From Negaprion brevirostris (Eukaryota), in the NCBI GenBank assembly GCA_030324005.1, contig JARDVH010000110.1, positions 31,719,361 to 31,783,360 on the forward strand: a stretch of 64,000 nucleotides of DNA, written 5' to 3'. Positions 38,750 to 51,439 of this stretch are shown here, piece after piece. The notes beneath the pieces are model-generated. The model was not told the origin of the DNA, ran no database searches, and saw nothing but the letters and a program-made list of their open reading frames with translations. Positions within the stretch are counted from its first letter, which is position 1, and each line of letters starts with the position of its first letter. Position numbers and translations under genes: made by a program.

Positions 38750-39555
38750 TCAGTGGCACACAAACTTTTTCACCAACGACTTCTTCCAGGGCAGGGTCGA
38801 TATTCCCTGGGGATATCTGCGGCATTCCCGGTTTATCTTAGGTATCAGGGAGGTTATAGGTGCCATGTAGGCAAGGTCAGTGATGTTAATAAACTTGGAC
38901 TGGAATCAGGCAGCCTCATAGCAGGGCTGCCCCAAGCCCAGGTATCATTAGTTACATCCATGTGTTTCTTAGGTCAGCATCACAGCAAGTGATACCATTC
39001 ACCAACCACAATGGGTTTCACTCCTTCAATGTGCAACTCATCTGTGACCACACAATGTGCATCATGCAGGCAAGTGTCCATTTCCGGGGAGAATCCATAA
39101 CAGTTACATCTTGGATCACTCACAGCCATTTCTGGGGGAGAGTGACTGCTGGAGGGTTGGCTCCTCAGGGATGCATTCAGAGAGTAGCTGATGACACCAT
39201 TGCGGAGACCACAAACACCAGCGGAGGCTCAGCACAATCAACCTCATGCTTCAATACGTGTGCTGATTGAACAGGCCATTGGGATGCTGAAGTTGCCCTG
39301 GACCGGGAGAGGCAGATGCCCTCCAAGAAAATCCTCAGAGGTTCTCCCACATTGTTGTGGGAGTGTGCAGCACACTCCATAACTCACTGCTCAGGAGGGA
39401 CATCAGCTGGAACAGGAGGAGATAGACAAGAACCGCACCTTCTCAGATGAGAAGGATGTTGTGGAGGGAGGTGGACGTAATGATGCTGAGGAGGAGGAAG
39501 GCAGGGTTATGGTCAGGGCCAGAATGGGCTGCCAAGCAAGGGAAGACTTATAGCA
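38750..39555 (+). mobile_element. Harbinger transposase pseudogene (5'-truncated)
   Basis: Motifs NFF...FQG, GDICGI, GLPQAQ, FTNHNGFHSFNVQLICDH and MTPLRRPQTPAEAQHNQPHASIRVLIEQAIGMLK, plus an acidic C-tail; multiple frameshifts. Confidence 0.88.
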
Positions 39556-40036
39556 TCTTAATTTGGGGATATGAGTGAGTAGCCATGTATGCCAAGTAAA
39601 ACCAAAAATGTGGTGCCAGCCAATGTTGCACGGGCCCAAAGCCATTGCCTGGACTCTGCAAGAAAGTGATGATGGCTTGCTGTGAGGACAGAACAATGCT
39701 CCTCTCGATATGTCTGACTCCTGCCTAACAAAGAACTGAATGTTCCCTACCAATTTACGGGTACATGGGTGGGCCTTGTAAATGGTTTAAGATGAGTGTC
39801 AGATACTGCAGGACCCTTAAGTGCAAATACTCAGCTTTTTAGTTTCAGCTTTCACCAAAGGTGGGTATTTTGACAACTCCTTGGCACCTCGTGCACAAGT
39901 GTAATGCTGCACTTCAAATACTCTAACTTTGATGGGGAGAGGAGGGACATCACTTCAATGAATGGGATGTGGGAAGGGATGGGTTGGGGAGGAGTTGCCT
40001 GCAGCTGAGCATTTATATTTTCTTCAGTATGGTTGA

Positions 40037-40283
40037 ATCATAGAATCTACAATGCTGAAGGAGGCTGTTTGGCCCATTGAGCTTGCATAGACAACAATCC
40101 CACACAGACACTATTCCCGTAACCCCACATGTTTATCCTCCTAATCCCTCTGGTAATAAGTGGCAATTTAGCATGGCCAATCAACTTAATCTGCACATCT
40201 TTGTGGGAGGAAACCAGAGCACAAGGAGGAAATCCACGCAGACACGGGGAGAACATGCAAACTCCACATAGACAGTGACCGGA
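40037..40283 (-). mobile_element. HE1-type SINE inserted between the two Harbinger genes
   Basis: Reverse of GGTCACTGTCTATGTGGAGTTTGCATGTTCTCCCCGTGTCTGCGTGG... with a CR1-like tail. Confidence 0.85.
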
Positions 40284-40399
40284 NNNNNNNNNNTTCTCAC
40301 ACTCACAGGGATGAAGCGGGGGTTCTGAGCTTTGGGCACCAAATGACATGTTGGAGGCTCTATGGGTGAGCAAAGTGAATATTTATTTGATACCTACAT

Positions 40400-42105
40400 A
40401 CAATGGTGACCTTTCTAGACATGCCTACTTACACTCATGCCATTTAAGTGCGTATAACCTCCTACCCTTCCTTACCCTTGCACTACATCTAGATGCTTCC
40501 CCAGGATCCACAGCTGAGGTTGAAGAGGCCTGCTGACTTCCATGCCCTGTTGTCTGAGATGACCTTGATGGACGGACTTGGTCCTTACAGGCACTGGCCT
40601 TCTTGCAGGCAGCACTGGTATTGCATTGAGGCCCTCCTCAGTGTGTGGGGCTGGAGTATGGCACTCACAGAGAGAGGGGGGGCCAGATAGGCTGGACACC
40701 CCTGCGGTGGGAGGACCTGGGCTGTGCCCCATGACAATTCTCACCCCTTTGGTTCCAATGCCTCCCATGCTCCTCAATGGGATAGAGAGGCAGCTGGAAT
40801 GAGATCCAGAAGCCCTACCATCGTCTGGTACTAGCACATGAATTCCTACTGGTGTTTTCACCATGCAGTTAAAGCCTTGCGCCCTGCAGCTCATGCCCTC
40901 AGACATGAAGGTCATGAGCTGAACCATGATATAGACATCTTCTGCCATGGAGGACACATTCCACACCAAGGTCTGCATTGCAGATGCCACTCTTGTAGTG
41001 CTAGCCTCACTGCATAGGAGTGATGGCAATGCCTCCTCAGACAGAAGCCGATGGCACTCCTCCAGTCAGCCTTGTGATCCCTTCCTTTACAGTTCTATCA
41101 GCTCTAGAATAACCAGGGGTCTAGCAGAGTCTTGGCCTCCAGCATCCCTCCAAGTTCTGTTTTTCCAAGGACATCCCTCCTCTACCTGCTGTGGATATTG
41201 AGCTGTGAGGTGCTCACCACTGAGTGATCCAGAAGCCTGCTTACTTATTGGATCCAGTGAGGTGTGAGTATCTGTGCCAGTGCTGGGTGTGGGTGACAAC
41301 TATGATGCATTGTTAGTGGTGGTGTTTGAGAAGCTTCTTCAGAGTTGCTCATACCAGAGGGTCTAAGGGATATTGGGATAGCCTGCATTGCTCAATGCTT
41401 TGCCTGCAGGAGAAGAGAGATGGCATGAGTGCGTTGCAGGGAATAAAGGAGGGAACATTGTTTAGTCACTTGAGACTTGAGCAATGAAAGAATGTTTTGA
41501 GGATTCTCATGTTTGTCTGCAGCCCCCACTTCAGCATCAGTGCAGGAATAGTCCTCCTCCTTGCCGGCCAACTTGAGTACTCTTTCCTTGAAGGTCATGA
41601 AGACCCTGGGCTCTGGCGTGACTCCAGCTGGCTATACCCACTCATACTTGTTATGGTTGAGTTTGTCTTGCAATGACATAGATAGGAAGAGTGCAGACAG
41701 GAATCGTGACAACAAAGATGGGAGCTGGAGCATGGCAGCTACTAGAGGGAAACATGGTGATTGCGGGAGGCGGAAGGGAGTCTTCCGCCTGTTGCTGGCA
41801 ACCTCTGAGATGGCTGAGTGGAGTTAAGGTGGAAGGGGTGTACGAGGGCGTCCAGAGAGAGACTGGGGCTGTTCATTTACCCCGGCTGAACAAGGAAGTT
41901 CATTCTTCTTCTTCCGATATTGCAAACCTGTTTTCTTCTGGAATGAGCTGGCACGCACAAGGGCTATCATTGCATCACAGGCAGGGGTGGTGACCTTGCT
42001 GAAAAGCCTTCTTCTGAAAAGGGGGCAGGAGGGGAGTAGCACACGATCCAGCATCCTGGTGAGAACTCCCTCCAAAAAACAAGGTGCAAACTTATTTGCT
42101 GCCAT
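40400..42105 (-). mobile_element. Harbinger ORF2 (Myb/SANT-like) pseudogene, convergent with the transposase
   Basis: ATG at 42105 gives MAANKFAPCFLEGVLTRML.., resembling the APRF..LE.LL N-terminus. Downstream fragments include LTFKERVLKLAG and a coiled-coil-like RVASAMQTLV. A putative element end lies near 42352. Confidence 0.6.
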
Positions 42106-42489
42106 CCTCTGGGATATATGTGTGGAACAAGTGCTGGGGAGCTGTTTATATGGAGCTCCCCAGTGACTGCAGTGATTACATTGTGTCAGAGTAGGCGAAT
42201 CAGAAGGAGCATGCTTATGTGCACGGGTATTATTCTCATGGGCATTAAACTTTTTACTAATTAGCGTAAGATTTGGTCTGAAATTATGTCGGCAGCATTG
42301 GCGAGGATTACTCTGCGTCTCTGTGACTGCCAAATTCTCGTAAGAGTCCACCGGTGCCTTTCATGAAGCTCTAGCTCCCTGTTTCCCCCATTCAGCTCAC
42401 TGACAATCCAGCTCACCAAATCTTCCGTTCGCCACAAACTAACATCCCTCTCAGCAGCTCTCCCTCTCGATGAACCACTACGTGCTTCC

Positions 42490-42730
42490 TGCTTCCCTCA
42501 CTCACCACTCACCCCGCCCCCCGCCTCCCCCGAGTCTGCTCTATGAATGAGAGCTCAGGATTTGAGCACCGAGAGGAGCTTTGTCTGACCGTGTTGGAGA
42601 GTTAAGCTGCAAAACTGTAAAGGTGGGGAAAGTGAGGATCGGTGAGGGGCGGCGGCGGTGGGGCGGGCGGGCGGTGGTTACCAACGACTTGGTTGATCGG
42701 CAACAGGAATGGTCAGCAAAGGGGGTCGGG
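42490..42730. promoter_or_regulatory. GC-box cluster; candidate promoter/first exon of the minus-strand RhoGEF
   Basis: Multiple GGGCGG/CCGCCC boxes (42513-42525, 42646-42675), local CpG enrichment and minus-strand donor-like GTGAGT sites near 42500-42512. Motif inference only. Confidence 0.4.
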
Positions 42731-43299
42731 AGCCTTTGTGATACCGTAATTTTAAATGATTGAATATATATTCATAAAATTAAATTGAGGCATTTTCACT
42801 GCCTGGAGGGTTTGGAACTGCTGTGTTTACTTTATGATGCATTAAGAACATCTTGAGGATGGACAAAAGCATGCCGACGGCTACAACAGATGATTTCAGT
42901 GGTGTCAATTTTGGTCCTGGCCACTGCTGCTCTTGTCACTGCAATGACGTCACAAGTAATACGCTCAACATTGTACATTTGTGTCTTTAGCAGCCTTTGC
43001 AAAATCCTTCCAAGTCTGCAGAGTCTGAACTTGAGAGTACAACTAACTTCATATCAAGTCATATCCAAAAGGCAAAACAGAGAAAGGGGCAAAAAGATTA
43101 AACTGAGACAAAGGTGAGAAGCAAAAATAAAACAATCTGAAAGAATGAGACTCCTCACATATAAAAGTTAATTTTTCAGTGCCAGACAAATTGGTTAGCA
43201 GCAAAGAAGGCTTATCACATCATTAATCATTCACTTGAACGGATATGCCCTCACTTGTCCCGTTATTTTTATTGCATTTTCATCGAGTGAGTTCTTTTT

Positions 43300-45560
43300 A
43301 TTTATTTACAGGATATGGGCATCACTGGCTAGGCCAGCAATTATTGCCAATCCCTTATTGTTCTTGAACAACTGCAGTCTTTGAGGTGTTGGTACACCCA
43401 AAGTGCTGTTGGGGAGGGATTTACAGGATTTTAACCCAGCGACAGAGAAGAAATGACAATATATTTCCAAGTCAGGATGGTGAGTGACTTTGGGGATAAC
43501 TTCCAGGTGGTCCCAGATATCTACTGCTCCTGTCCTTCTAGGTAACAGTGGTTGTGGGTTTTGAAGATGCTGCCTAAGGAATCTTGGTGAGTTCCTGCAG
43601 TGTATCTTGTAGATGGTACACACAGCTGTCAATGTTTGTTGATGGTGGAGGGATTGAATGTTAGTGGAAGGGATACCAATTTGTCCTGGATGGTGTTGAG
43701 CTTCTTAAATATTTTTGGAGCTGCACTCAACCAGACAAGTGGAGAGTATTCCATCACATTTCTAATTTTATGGTGGACAGACTTCGGAGAGTCAGGGGGT
43801 GAGTCGCTCACCGCAGGATCCCCAGCCTATAACCTGCTGTTCTCACCACAGTATTTATGTATGGCTAGTCCAGTTCAGCTTCTAGTCAGTGGTAACCCCC
43901 AGGATGTTGATAGTGGTTCAACAGCGAAAATGTTATTAAGTGTCAAGGGATGATGGTTAGATCCTCTCATGTTGGAGATGATCATTGCCTGGTAATTGTA
44001 TGAACGTAAGAACATAGGAACTAGGAGCAGGAGTAAGCCAATTGGCTCCTCAAGTCTGCTCCGCCATTCAATGAGATCATGGCTGATTTTCTTTTTGGAC
44101 TCAGCTCTACTTACACGCTTGCTCACCATAACTCTTTATTCCTTTACTGTTCAGAAATCTATCTTTGCCTTAAAAACATTCAACGAGGTAGCCTCAAATG
44201 TTTCAATGGGCAGGGAATTCCATAGATTCACAACCCTTTGGGTGCAGAAGTTCCTCCTCAACTGAATCCTAAATCTGCTTTCCCTTATTTTGAGTTCTAG
44301 TTCTGGTTTCATCCACCAGTGGAAACGGCCTCTCGGCTTCTATCTTATCTCTTCCCTTCATAATTTTATATGTTTCTATAAGATCCCCCCCTCATTTTTT
44401 AAAATTCCAATGAGTATAGCCCCAGCCTACTCAGTGTCTCCTCATGAATCAGTCCTCTCAACTCCGGAATCAACCTAATGAATCTCCTCTGCACCCCCTC
44501 CATTGCCAATAGATCCTTTCTCAAGTAAGAAGACAAAAACTGTACACAGTACTACTCCAGGTGTGGCCTCACCAGCACCTTATGCAGCTGCAACATAATC
44601 TCACTTTTTAAACTCCAATATTCGAACAATGAAGGACAAAATTCCATTTGCCTTCTTAATTACCTGCTGTACCTGCAAATCAACGTTTTGTGATTAATGC
44701 ACAAGGACNNNNNNNNNNNNNNNNNNNNNNNNNNNNNNNNNNNNNNNNNNNNNNNNNNNNNNNNNNNNNNNNNNNNNNNNNNNNNNNNNNNNNNNNNNNN
44801 NNNNNNNNNNNNNNNNNNNNNNNNNNNNNNNNNNNNNNNNNNNNNNNNNNNNNNNNNNNNNNNNNNNNNNNNNNNNNNNNNNNNNNNNNNNNNNNNNNNN
44901 NNNNNNNNNNNNNNNNNNNNNNNNNNNNNNNNNNNNNNNNNNNNNNNNNNNNNNNNNNNNNNNNNNNNNNNNNNNNNNNNNNNNNNNNNNNNNNNNNNNN
45001 NNNNNNNNNNNNNNNNNNNNNNNNNNNNNNNNNNNNNNNNNNNNNNNNNNNNNNNNNNNNNNNNNNNNNNNNNNNNNNNNNNNNNNNNNNNNNNNNNNNN
45101 NNNNNNNNNNNNNNNNNNNNNNNNNNNNNNNNNNNNNNNNNNNNNNNNNNNNNNNNNNNNNNNNNNNNNNNNNNNNNNNNNNNNNNNNNNNNNNNNNNNN
45201 NNNNTTTAATGTCAAGGGCAGTTGCTCTCACCTCACCTCTGGAGTTCTGTTCGAATCAAATCTGTCATGAGGTCAGATGCTGAGTGGCCCTGGTGGAACC
45301 CAAACTGAGCGTCCTTGAGCAGGTTGTTCCTGAGTAAGTGCTACTTGACAGCACTGTTGATGACTTTTTCCATCACTTTACTGACGATTGAGAGTTGACT
45401 GATGAGGTAGTAATTGGCCAGGTTGAACTCTTGGGCAATTTTCCACATTGCTGGATAGATGTCAGTGTTTGTAGCTGTACTGAAACAGCTTGGCTATGGG
45501 CACAGCATGTTCCGGAGCACATGTTCACAGTTTTATAGCCGGAATATTGTCCGGCCCACA
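43300..45560 (-). mobile_element. CR1/L2-like LINE interrupted by a CR1 copy (44005-44708) and a gap
   Basis: Peptides IRNVMEYSPLVWLSAAP..LNTIQDK and MRATALDIK. The inner CR1 has a (CATAGGAA)-type tail and GAGGCCACACCTGGAGTA on the minus strand. Confidence 0.8.
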
Positions 45561-46349
45561 GCCTTTGCAAGCAGACCTTCATGCCATACTGTGTATTTGA
45601 ATCCTTGGGACAAGATATCAGCATAATCTTTTGGTGGATTAGGGCATCTTGGACAGCTTCCTAATTTTTGTATTTAACTGCACATGTGCAGTCACTGGAA
45701 GTTGCTGTTCAATTTACACTTTAATAACAATGAGTACCAATCAACTCATCAACACCTTTACTACAAAATCTGGGCCCATGTCTTAATTTGCCTACTACTT
45801 CCATTATTGAACTTTGGCATTCATGTATTGCACAAGATGCACCAGAAGTAATTATCATAAACATTCTTAGGAATGTATTCTGATCTACTGTGTGTAATAG
45901 CTAAATAAAGCATGTCTTGATGTTGCAGTTTAGTGTTGTTTTAAAATTGGCTACTCACCCCTTTGTAGAATGGTACAAATTTAGGTCCGTTTCTTATATC
46001 TACTTGAGTTCAGTGGCATCAGTTGCACTCATAAGTGAACACTTTTGCAAATATTAAGTGACATGGATGAAATTAATTGCATAAATGCAGAGGGAGGAGA
46101 AGTCAAGGGCAAAGAAGGTAGAGGAGGTGGAGGGTTGAGGTGGCAATAGCCCATAATATTAATCTGAATCTCAAAGAGCACCAACGGTCTTTCTGGCTTC
46201 ATGTCAGGACAAGTTAAACATTTTTTAAAAGGTTGGTGGCAACCTTTAAAGACTGTTGGTTTTGCAGTTAATTGCTTGAGAAAGCTAACAATAACATGCA
46301 CCGTCTCAGTGGCCCTCAGGCACCAGCTAGCTTCAGAAAGACACCTGAA

Positions 46350-46720
46350 ATAGACATTGGTGAGGCCAGACCTGGAGTATTGTGTACAGTTTTGGTGTCC
46401 TTATCTGAGGAATAATGTCCTTGCTATAAAGGGAACGCAGCGAAGATTTACCAGGCTGATTCCTGGGATGGCAGGCTGTCAGATGAGGAGAGGTTAAGTC
46501 ANNNNNNNNNNNNNNNNNNNNNNNNNNNNNNNNNNNNNNNNNNNNNNNNNNNNNNNNNNNNNNNNNNNNNNNNNNNNNNNNNNNNNNNNNNNNNNNNNNN
46601 NGAAGATTTACCAGGCTGATTCCTGGGATGGCAGGCTGTCATATGAGGAGAGGTTAAGTCAGTTAGGATTATATTCACTAGAGTTTAGAAAAGGGAGAGG
46701 GGATCTCGTAGAAGCTTATA
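46350..46720 (+). mobile_element. CR1 fragment
   Basis: TTGGTGAGGCCAGACCTGGAGTATTGTGTACAGTTTTGG encodes LVRPDLEYCVQFW. Confidence 0.85.
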
Positions 46721-47629
46721 AATTTTTTTTTGCTTAATGCATGTTGCTAGCAGGTGGGGAGTGAGTGCATACACACTACATTCCATATTAAATATATCAC
46801 ATTCCATATTCAACCCTTCAGCTTCCATTTTGCACTTCAGAAACAGGTAGTACATGATTCAATTCCTCATCCTTTGTGTTTACTGCTTTCACAAAATCAC
46901 AAAGGAAGTTAAAATGAGTGGGACCATTTGTCTCAACTTAATTCATTACTCAGAAATAAGCCTGTGCTTTGAATTAATCTGGGGATTTAGTTTTCACTCC
47001 ATTCCACTTCCCATTCCAAGTGTTAATCACTCCTTGCTTTATGAAGTTCTGGTACGGCCATAAATTGTCCTTGCATTAGTTTGAATTTTGCCCCTTTGAT
47101 GTTTATTTTGATTTACCTCGTTCCAGTTTACTTTGTCAGTACCATTTGATATCTTGCATAGTTATATAAGTTTCCCTTCCAAAACTATGGAGCCAAAGTT
47201 TACCTCATATTTTTATGATTTATTCTTTTTCACCAGGTGACCCTCATGATTCTTTTGTATGTTAGTTCCACAACATATCACTTGATACACAAAGCTGAAG
47301 TCAGTTCTCTAGGTTTTATATGACTAGTACCCTCGACAGTTGTAGCAAAATATTTTCTGGGAGTTATTTTTTACTGACACAACAGTATAATTAAACATGT
47401 TCCCTTTTTAAAAATTGTGGCTCAATAATGATTTACCCCGCGTTAGAATAACGTCAATGGGAAAATCTATTTGGAGTGTTGTAATACTATCACCCCCAGA
47501 TCTCTTTTGATTTTACCCTTAGCTATTTCTACACCATCCTTAATATATGCCTGACATCTATTCATATTCCAGTTTACTGTCTCTCTACAGATTTTATGCA
47601 ATTTCTTTTGTCGGTCCATGTGGACCAAC

Positions 47630-48205
47630 TTTTATTGCAATTGTATAGGGCACTGGTGAGGCCACACCGGGAGTGTTGTGTGCAGTTTTGGTGTCTTTAT
47701 CCGAGGAGGGATGTCCTTGCTATGGAGGGAATACAGCAAAGGTTGACTAGGCTGATTCCTGGGATGGCCCGTCTATCATATGAAAAGAAGTTACATTGGT
47801 TAGGATTATATTCACTGGAGTTTAGAAGGGTGAGAGGGAATCTCATTGAAACTTATAAAATTCTAACAGGGTTAGACAGGGTAGATTCGAAAAGAATGTT
47901 TCCAATGGTGGGGTTGTCCAGAACTTGGAGTCATAGTTTGAGGATAAGGCATAAACCTTTTAGAACTGAGGTGAGGAGAAATTTCTTCACCCAAAGGTGA
48001 TAAATGTCTGGAATTCACTACCACAGAGGTAGCGAGGCTAAAACATGTGATTTCAAGAAGAAATTAGATATAGCTCTTGGGTCTAAAGGGATATGGGAGG
48101 AAGGGGGCATCAAGGTATTGAATTTGATGATCAGCCATGATCAAAATGAATGGCGGTGCAGGTTCAAAGGGCCAAATGGCCTACTCTTGCTTCTAGGTTC
48201 TATGT
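47630..48205 (+). mobile_element. CR1 3' end
   Basis: Peptide LQLYRALVRPHRECCVQFW...GLYSLEFRRVRGNLIETYKIL...RRNFFTQR. Confidence 0.92.
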
Positions 48206-49323
48206 TACTGCATCAGACACCACTTCAATACCCTACTTCCCCACTCCTTAATCTTGCCTATAACTTTGACCAATTTGCATTGGATTTCCCAATCATTTAC
48301 AGAAGGAAACGCAACACTAATCCCTGGGATATTTCAGTCGGCACTCACTTACCTCATATCCTGACACCAAGCCCAGCTGCTTCCTTTCCTTCACCCAATT
48401 TCTTACCCACATCCTCATTTTCCAATGAATCGACAATTTCAGCTTCATTTTCAGTGATATCCTTTCATAATGAAGATCCTAATTTTTTCATAATATCCTT
48501 CATAATCAAAGATCTTAAATTCACAGATCAGAATGTCTTTCATTATTTATTTATTTATTATTGACTACAATGGAAAAAGGTTAAAAAAAAGGGTAATGAA
48601 GTCAAACTTTATGGGGGATTCAAGAAACAATGAGTCATTTAATTACTGAGTCGTCTGGACAAGCAAAGTTTAATTCTGCATGATCTTTGAAGACAGAGAT
48701 ATGATTTATGCAATCAAGTGCATATGATTTCTATCAAATAAATTTCAGTTTAAGTAGACCTCCAACTCATTTTTAATTTTCAATTTATGAACAACTTCCA
48801 AACTCTACTCATGAGGGCACAGAAGTTTCTCTAAAATCTAATCTTGCTACCTGTAAGCAACAGCATCACAGGCACATTGTAAAATTAACACAATAGAAGG
48901 GTTCCAAAAATGAAGAACTTGCATCCTCAGTAAATGTAAATGTATTCATACAAATATAAATCATTGGTTGGTTGACTAAATCAATCCTATTGTTGTTTTT
49001 CTTAAAAGCTGTATGCCAGAATCTTGGCAGAGCAGATAAAATTTTAGGGTGAAAAATTGCTGCTGTCTCCTTATTGAAATGATTGTAGTGTTGGGCTGAG
49101 TGAAGCCTGCAGATAACAGAATGGTGTGTATGCTAAGAGCAAGTTCTTAAAGGAAATCTGCGTGTCTAAAAGGGAAATAACTTCAATTACAGGAGTGTGT
49201 TGTTGATGAATACTAAGCAAGGAAAATGGAGCATAAGTTGAGAGAGGGTCCATTAAGGATGCTGGAGACCTTAGTGGTGGAAATAGACAGGAGAAATGTC
49301 CAGGTCTGTGGAGCCCAGGAGGA

Positions 49324-50855
49324 GCCTCCTGCATGACACCATTGAGGTTCTCTTCTGATTCCATTAAAGGGAAACTCATCCGTGATCACACCCTCCCACT
49401 GTGAGCTGTGAACCATCATTTAACCATGGTTTCCAGCATCCCACTCATGCCTGGAGACTTGACAGGTACTGCCAGTACCTGAGCTGGTGACTGCAAATTT
49501 CATATCAAGTGATGGTAGCCTCTTCATTAGTGCTGTGTTGTTGTTCCTTCTCCTCTGCCTGAGGCTGTTTAGGCTGAGTAGTGGTTAAGTGGCTGAAATC
49601 AGAAATCAGAAGTTAGTTGGGGTGAAGAAAGAGACAATGGTTATTAAGCAAGAGGTCTGTGGTCACACCATTTGAATCCTGCTACCATTTCAGTTAACAG
49701 AATGAGAATGATCTGCGAGTTGAGAAATGGGCACAAGACAGGGAGAAAACCATCATCCTCAAAGCTGTCAGCAATGTTGGATGAGCTCTCTGTCCCGATA
49801 CAGAGAACTATCTCCTCTGAAGGGGTCAGGGGACATGGATGTCCTCTGGTTCATTATGTTATTTGCCACCTTGTCTTCCAGGAGAGAAGCAGAATGACAG
49901 TGATTGTGTCACTTATTGAGCAAGGAATAACAAATTTGAGTGCTGCTTACCTGCGCCTCAAAGGATGCATACAGGTCACAAGTCATAATTCCTGCATCCA
50001 TAGCAATGCACAACAATTTCTAACCCTAACATTCTAACTTCTCCATCACGTTTTTAACACGCTGATTTTAAGGGGGCCTCACTACCCACAGAAAGGATTG
50101 CAGCAGGTCATCAAGTTGGTAATTTCCCTGCAACTGGACCCGAGGACCCAGCAACAGTTCCGCAAAGCCTAATGACCTCATGCAGCTGCTCAAGATCAAT
50201 GAAGGCATCTTCATGTGACATTTCCCATCCACCACAATGCCAACCTCTCATAATACTCAATATGTGACACAATTACTTACATTCTGCCTCTCTTCTGCAA
50301 GACCAAGCGGCAAATCACAGAATGGACCACTGGACATCCATGTCCCCTGACCCCGTCAGAGGAGATAATTCCCTGCATCAGGGGACAAAGCTTATTGTAT
50401 CAACACTGCTGAGAGCTTTGAGGATGGTGGTTTTGTTTTATCACGTGCCCATTTCTCAACTCCCAGATCGCTCTCATTCTGTTACCTGGAATGGTGAGCA
50501 AGATTCAAATGGTGTGACTATTGACCTCTTTCTTAACAACCATTGTCTGTTTCTTCATCCCAACTCACTTCTGATTTTCTGATTTCAGCCATTTTAACAC
50601 TTTTCAGCCTAAATAGCCTCAGGCAGAGGAGAATGAACAACAACACAACACTTATAAAAAGCTACCATCACTTGATGTGAAATTTGCAGCCACCAGCTAG
50701 ATACTGGCAGTCCATGTCAAATCCCCAGGCATGAGTGGAATGCAGCCAAACCATTGGTGAAATGATGATTCACAGCTCACTGGGGGAGGGTGTGATCAGA
50801 GATGAGTTCTCCTGTAATGGAATCAGAGGGGGACCTCAATGTTTCATGCAGAAGC
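49324..50855. repeat. Long imperfect inverted repeat: ~600-bp arms (49324-49921 / 50256-50855), ~335-bp spacer
   Basis: Colinear reverse-complement blocks, e.g. AAATTTCATATCAAGTGATGGTAGC vs GCTACCATCACTTGATGTGAAATTT and GGGGTCAGGGGACATGGATGTCC vs GGACATCCATGTCCCCTGACCCC. Confidence 0.9.
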
Positions 50856-51439
50856 CCACTGATGAATATGCAGACTAGGTACATTGGCTGGCTTACCAGG
50901 CACCCTTTCAACACTGTCAAGGATTATGGGGGATTCTGATTCCAACTTGGCAGAAGGTATCACATAGAATTTACCCTCTTTGCAGCAACTGCTGATTCTT
51001 TCTGAATGCTGATAACCTAGACACATTTCATTGCTGGTTCTGGTCTGATGCCTGTTTCAGCTTCTTGTGTGAAAAGGTCGTTAAGTCCTCTGCCCTCCTT
51101 GTGAAGATGCAGCAACACTTTCTACCAACTCAATGCATTGCCTCCTTCCCTCTAAAAACTCTCCAGAGTACTCCTAGAGCTTTGCAATTGCCTGAGGATT
51201 CTTCACATAATTCCATGACTGCCTTTACTTGAAGTCTGGATCATTTTTTCTGTTGTAAATTTTTGCCTTCCATGTCTAAGATCTTCAATTCTCTCTCAAA
51301 TTGCTCCATGGCTTTGGTGTTATCATCTAAACAATAGTGAATCCATTGATTGTTCAGATTGTTTGTCCATCTTTTGTACCAGCAGTTTTGAATGATGACT
51401 TGAGGGGTGGGGGGAGGCATAGAAAATTCCATCTACTGT

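Noticed and set aside
46442-46661. 60-bp direct repeat around a 100-N gap
   Set aside because: Same assembly artefact, inside a CR1 fragment.
51000-51330. Coiled-coil-like minus-strand peptide (AMEQFERELKILDME), possibly a gag remnant
   Set aside because: Too short and interrupted to assign.
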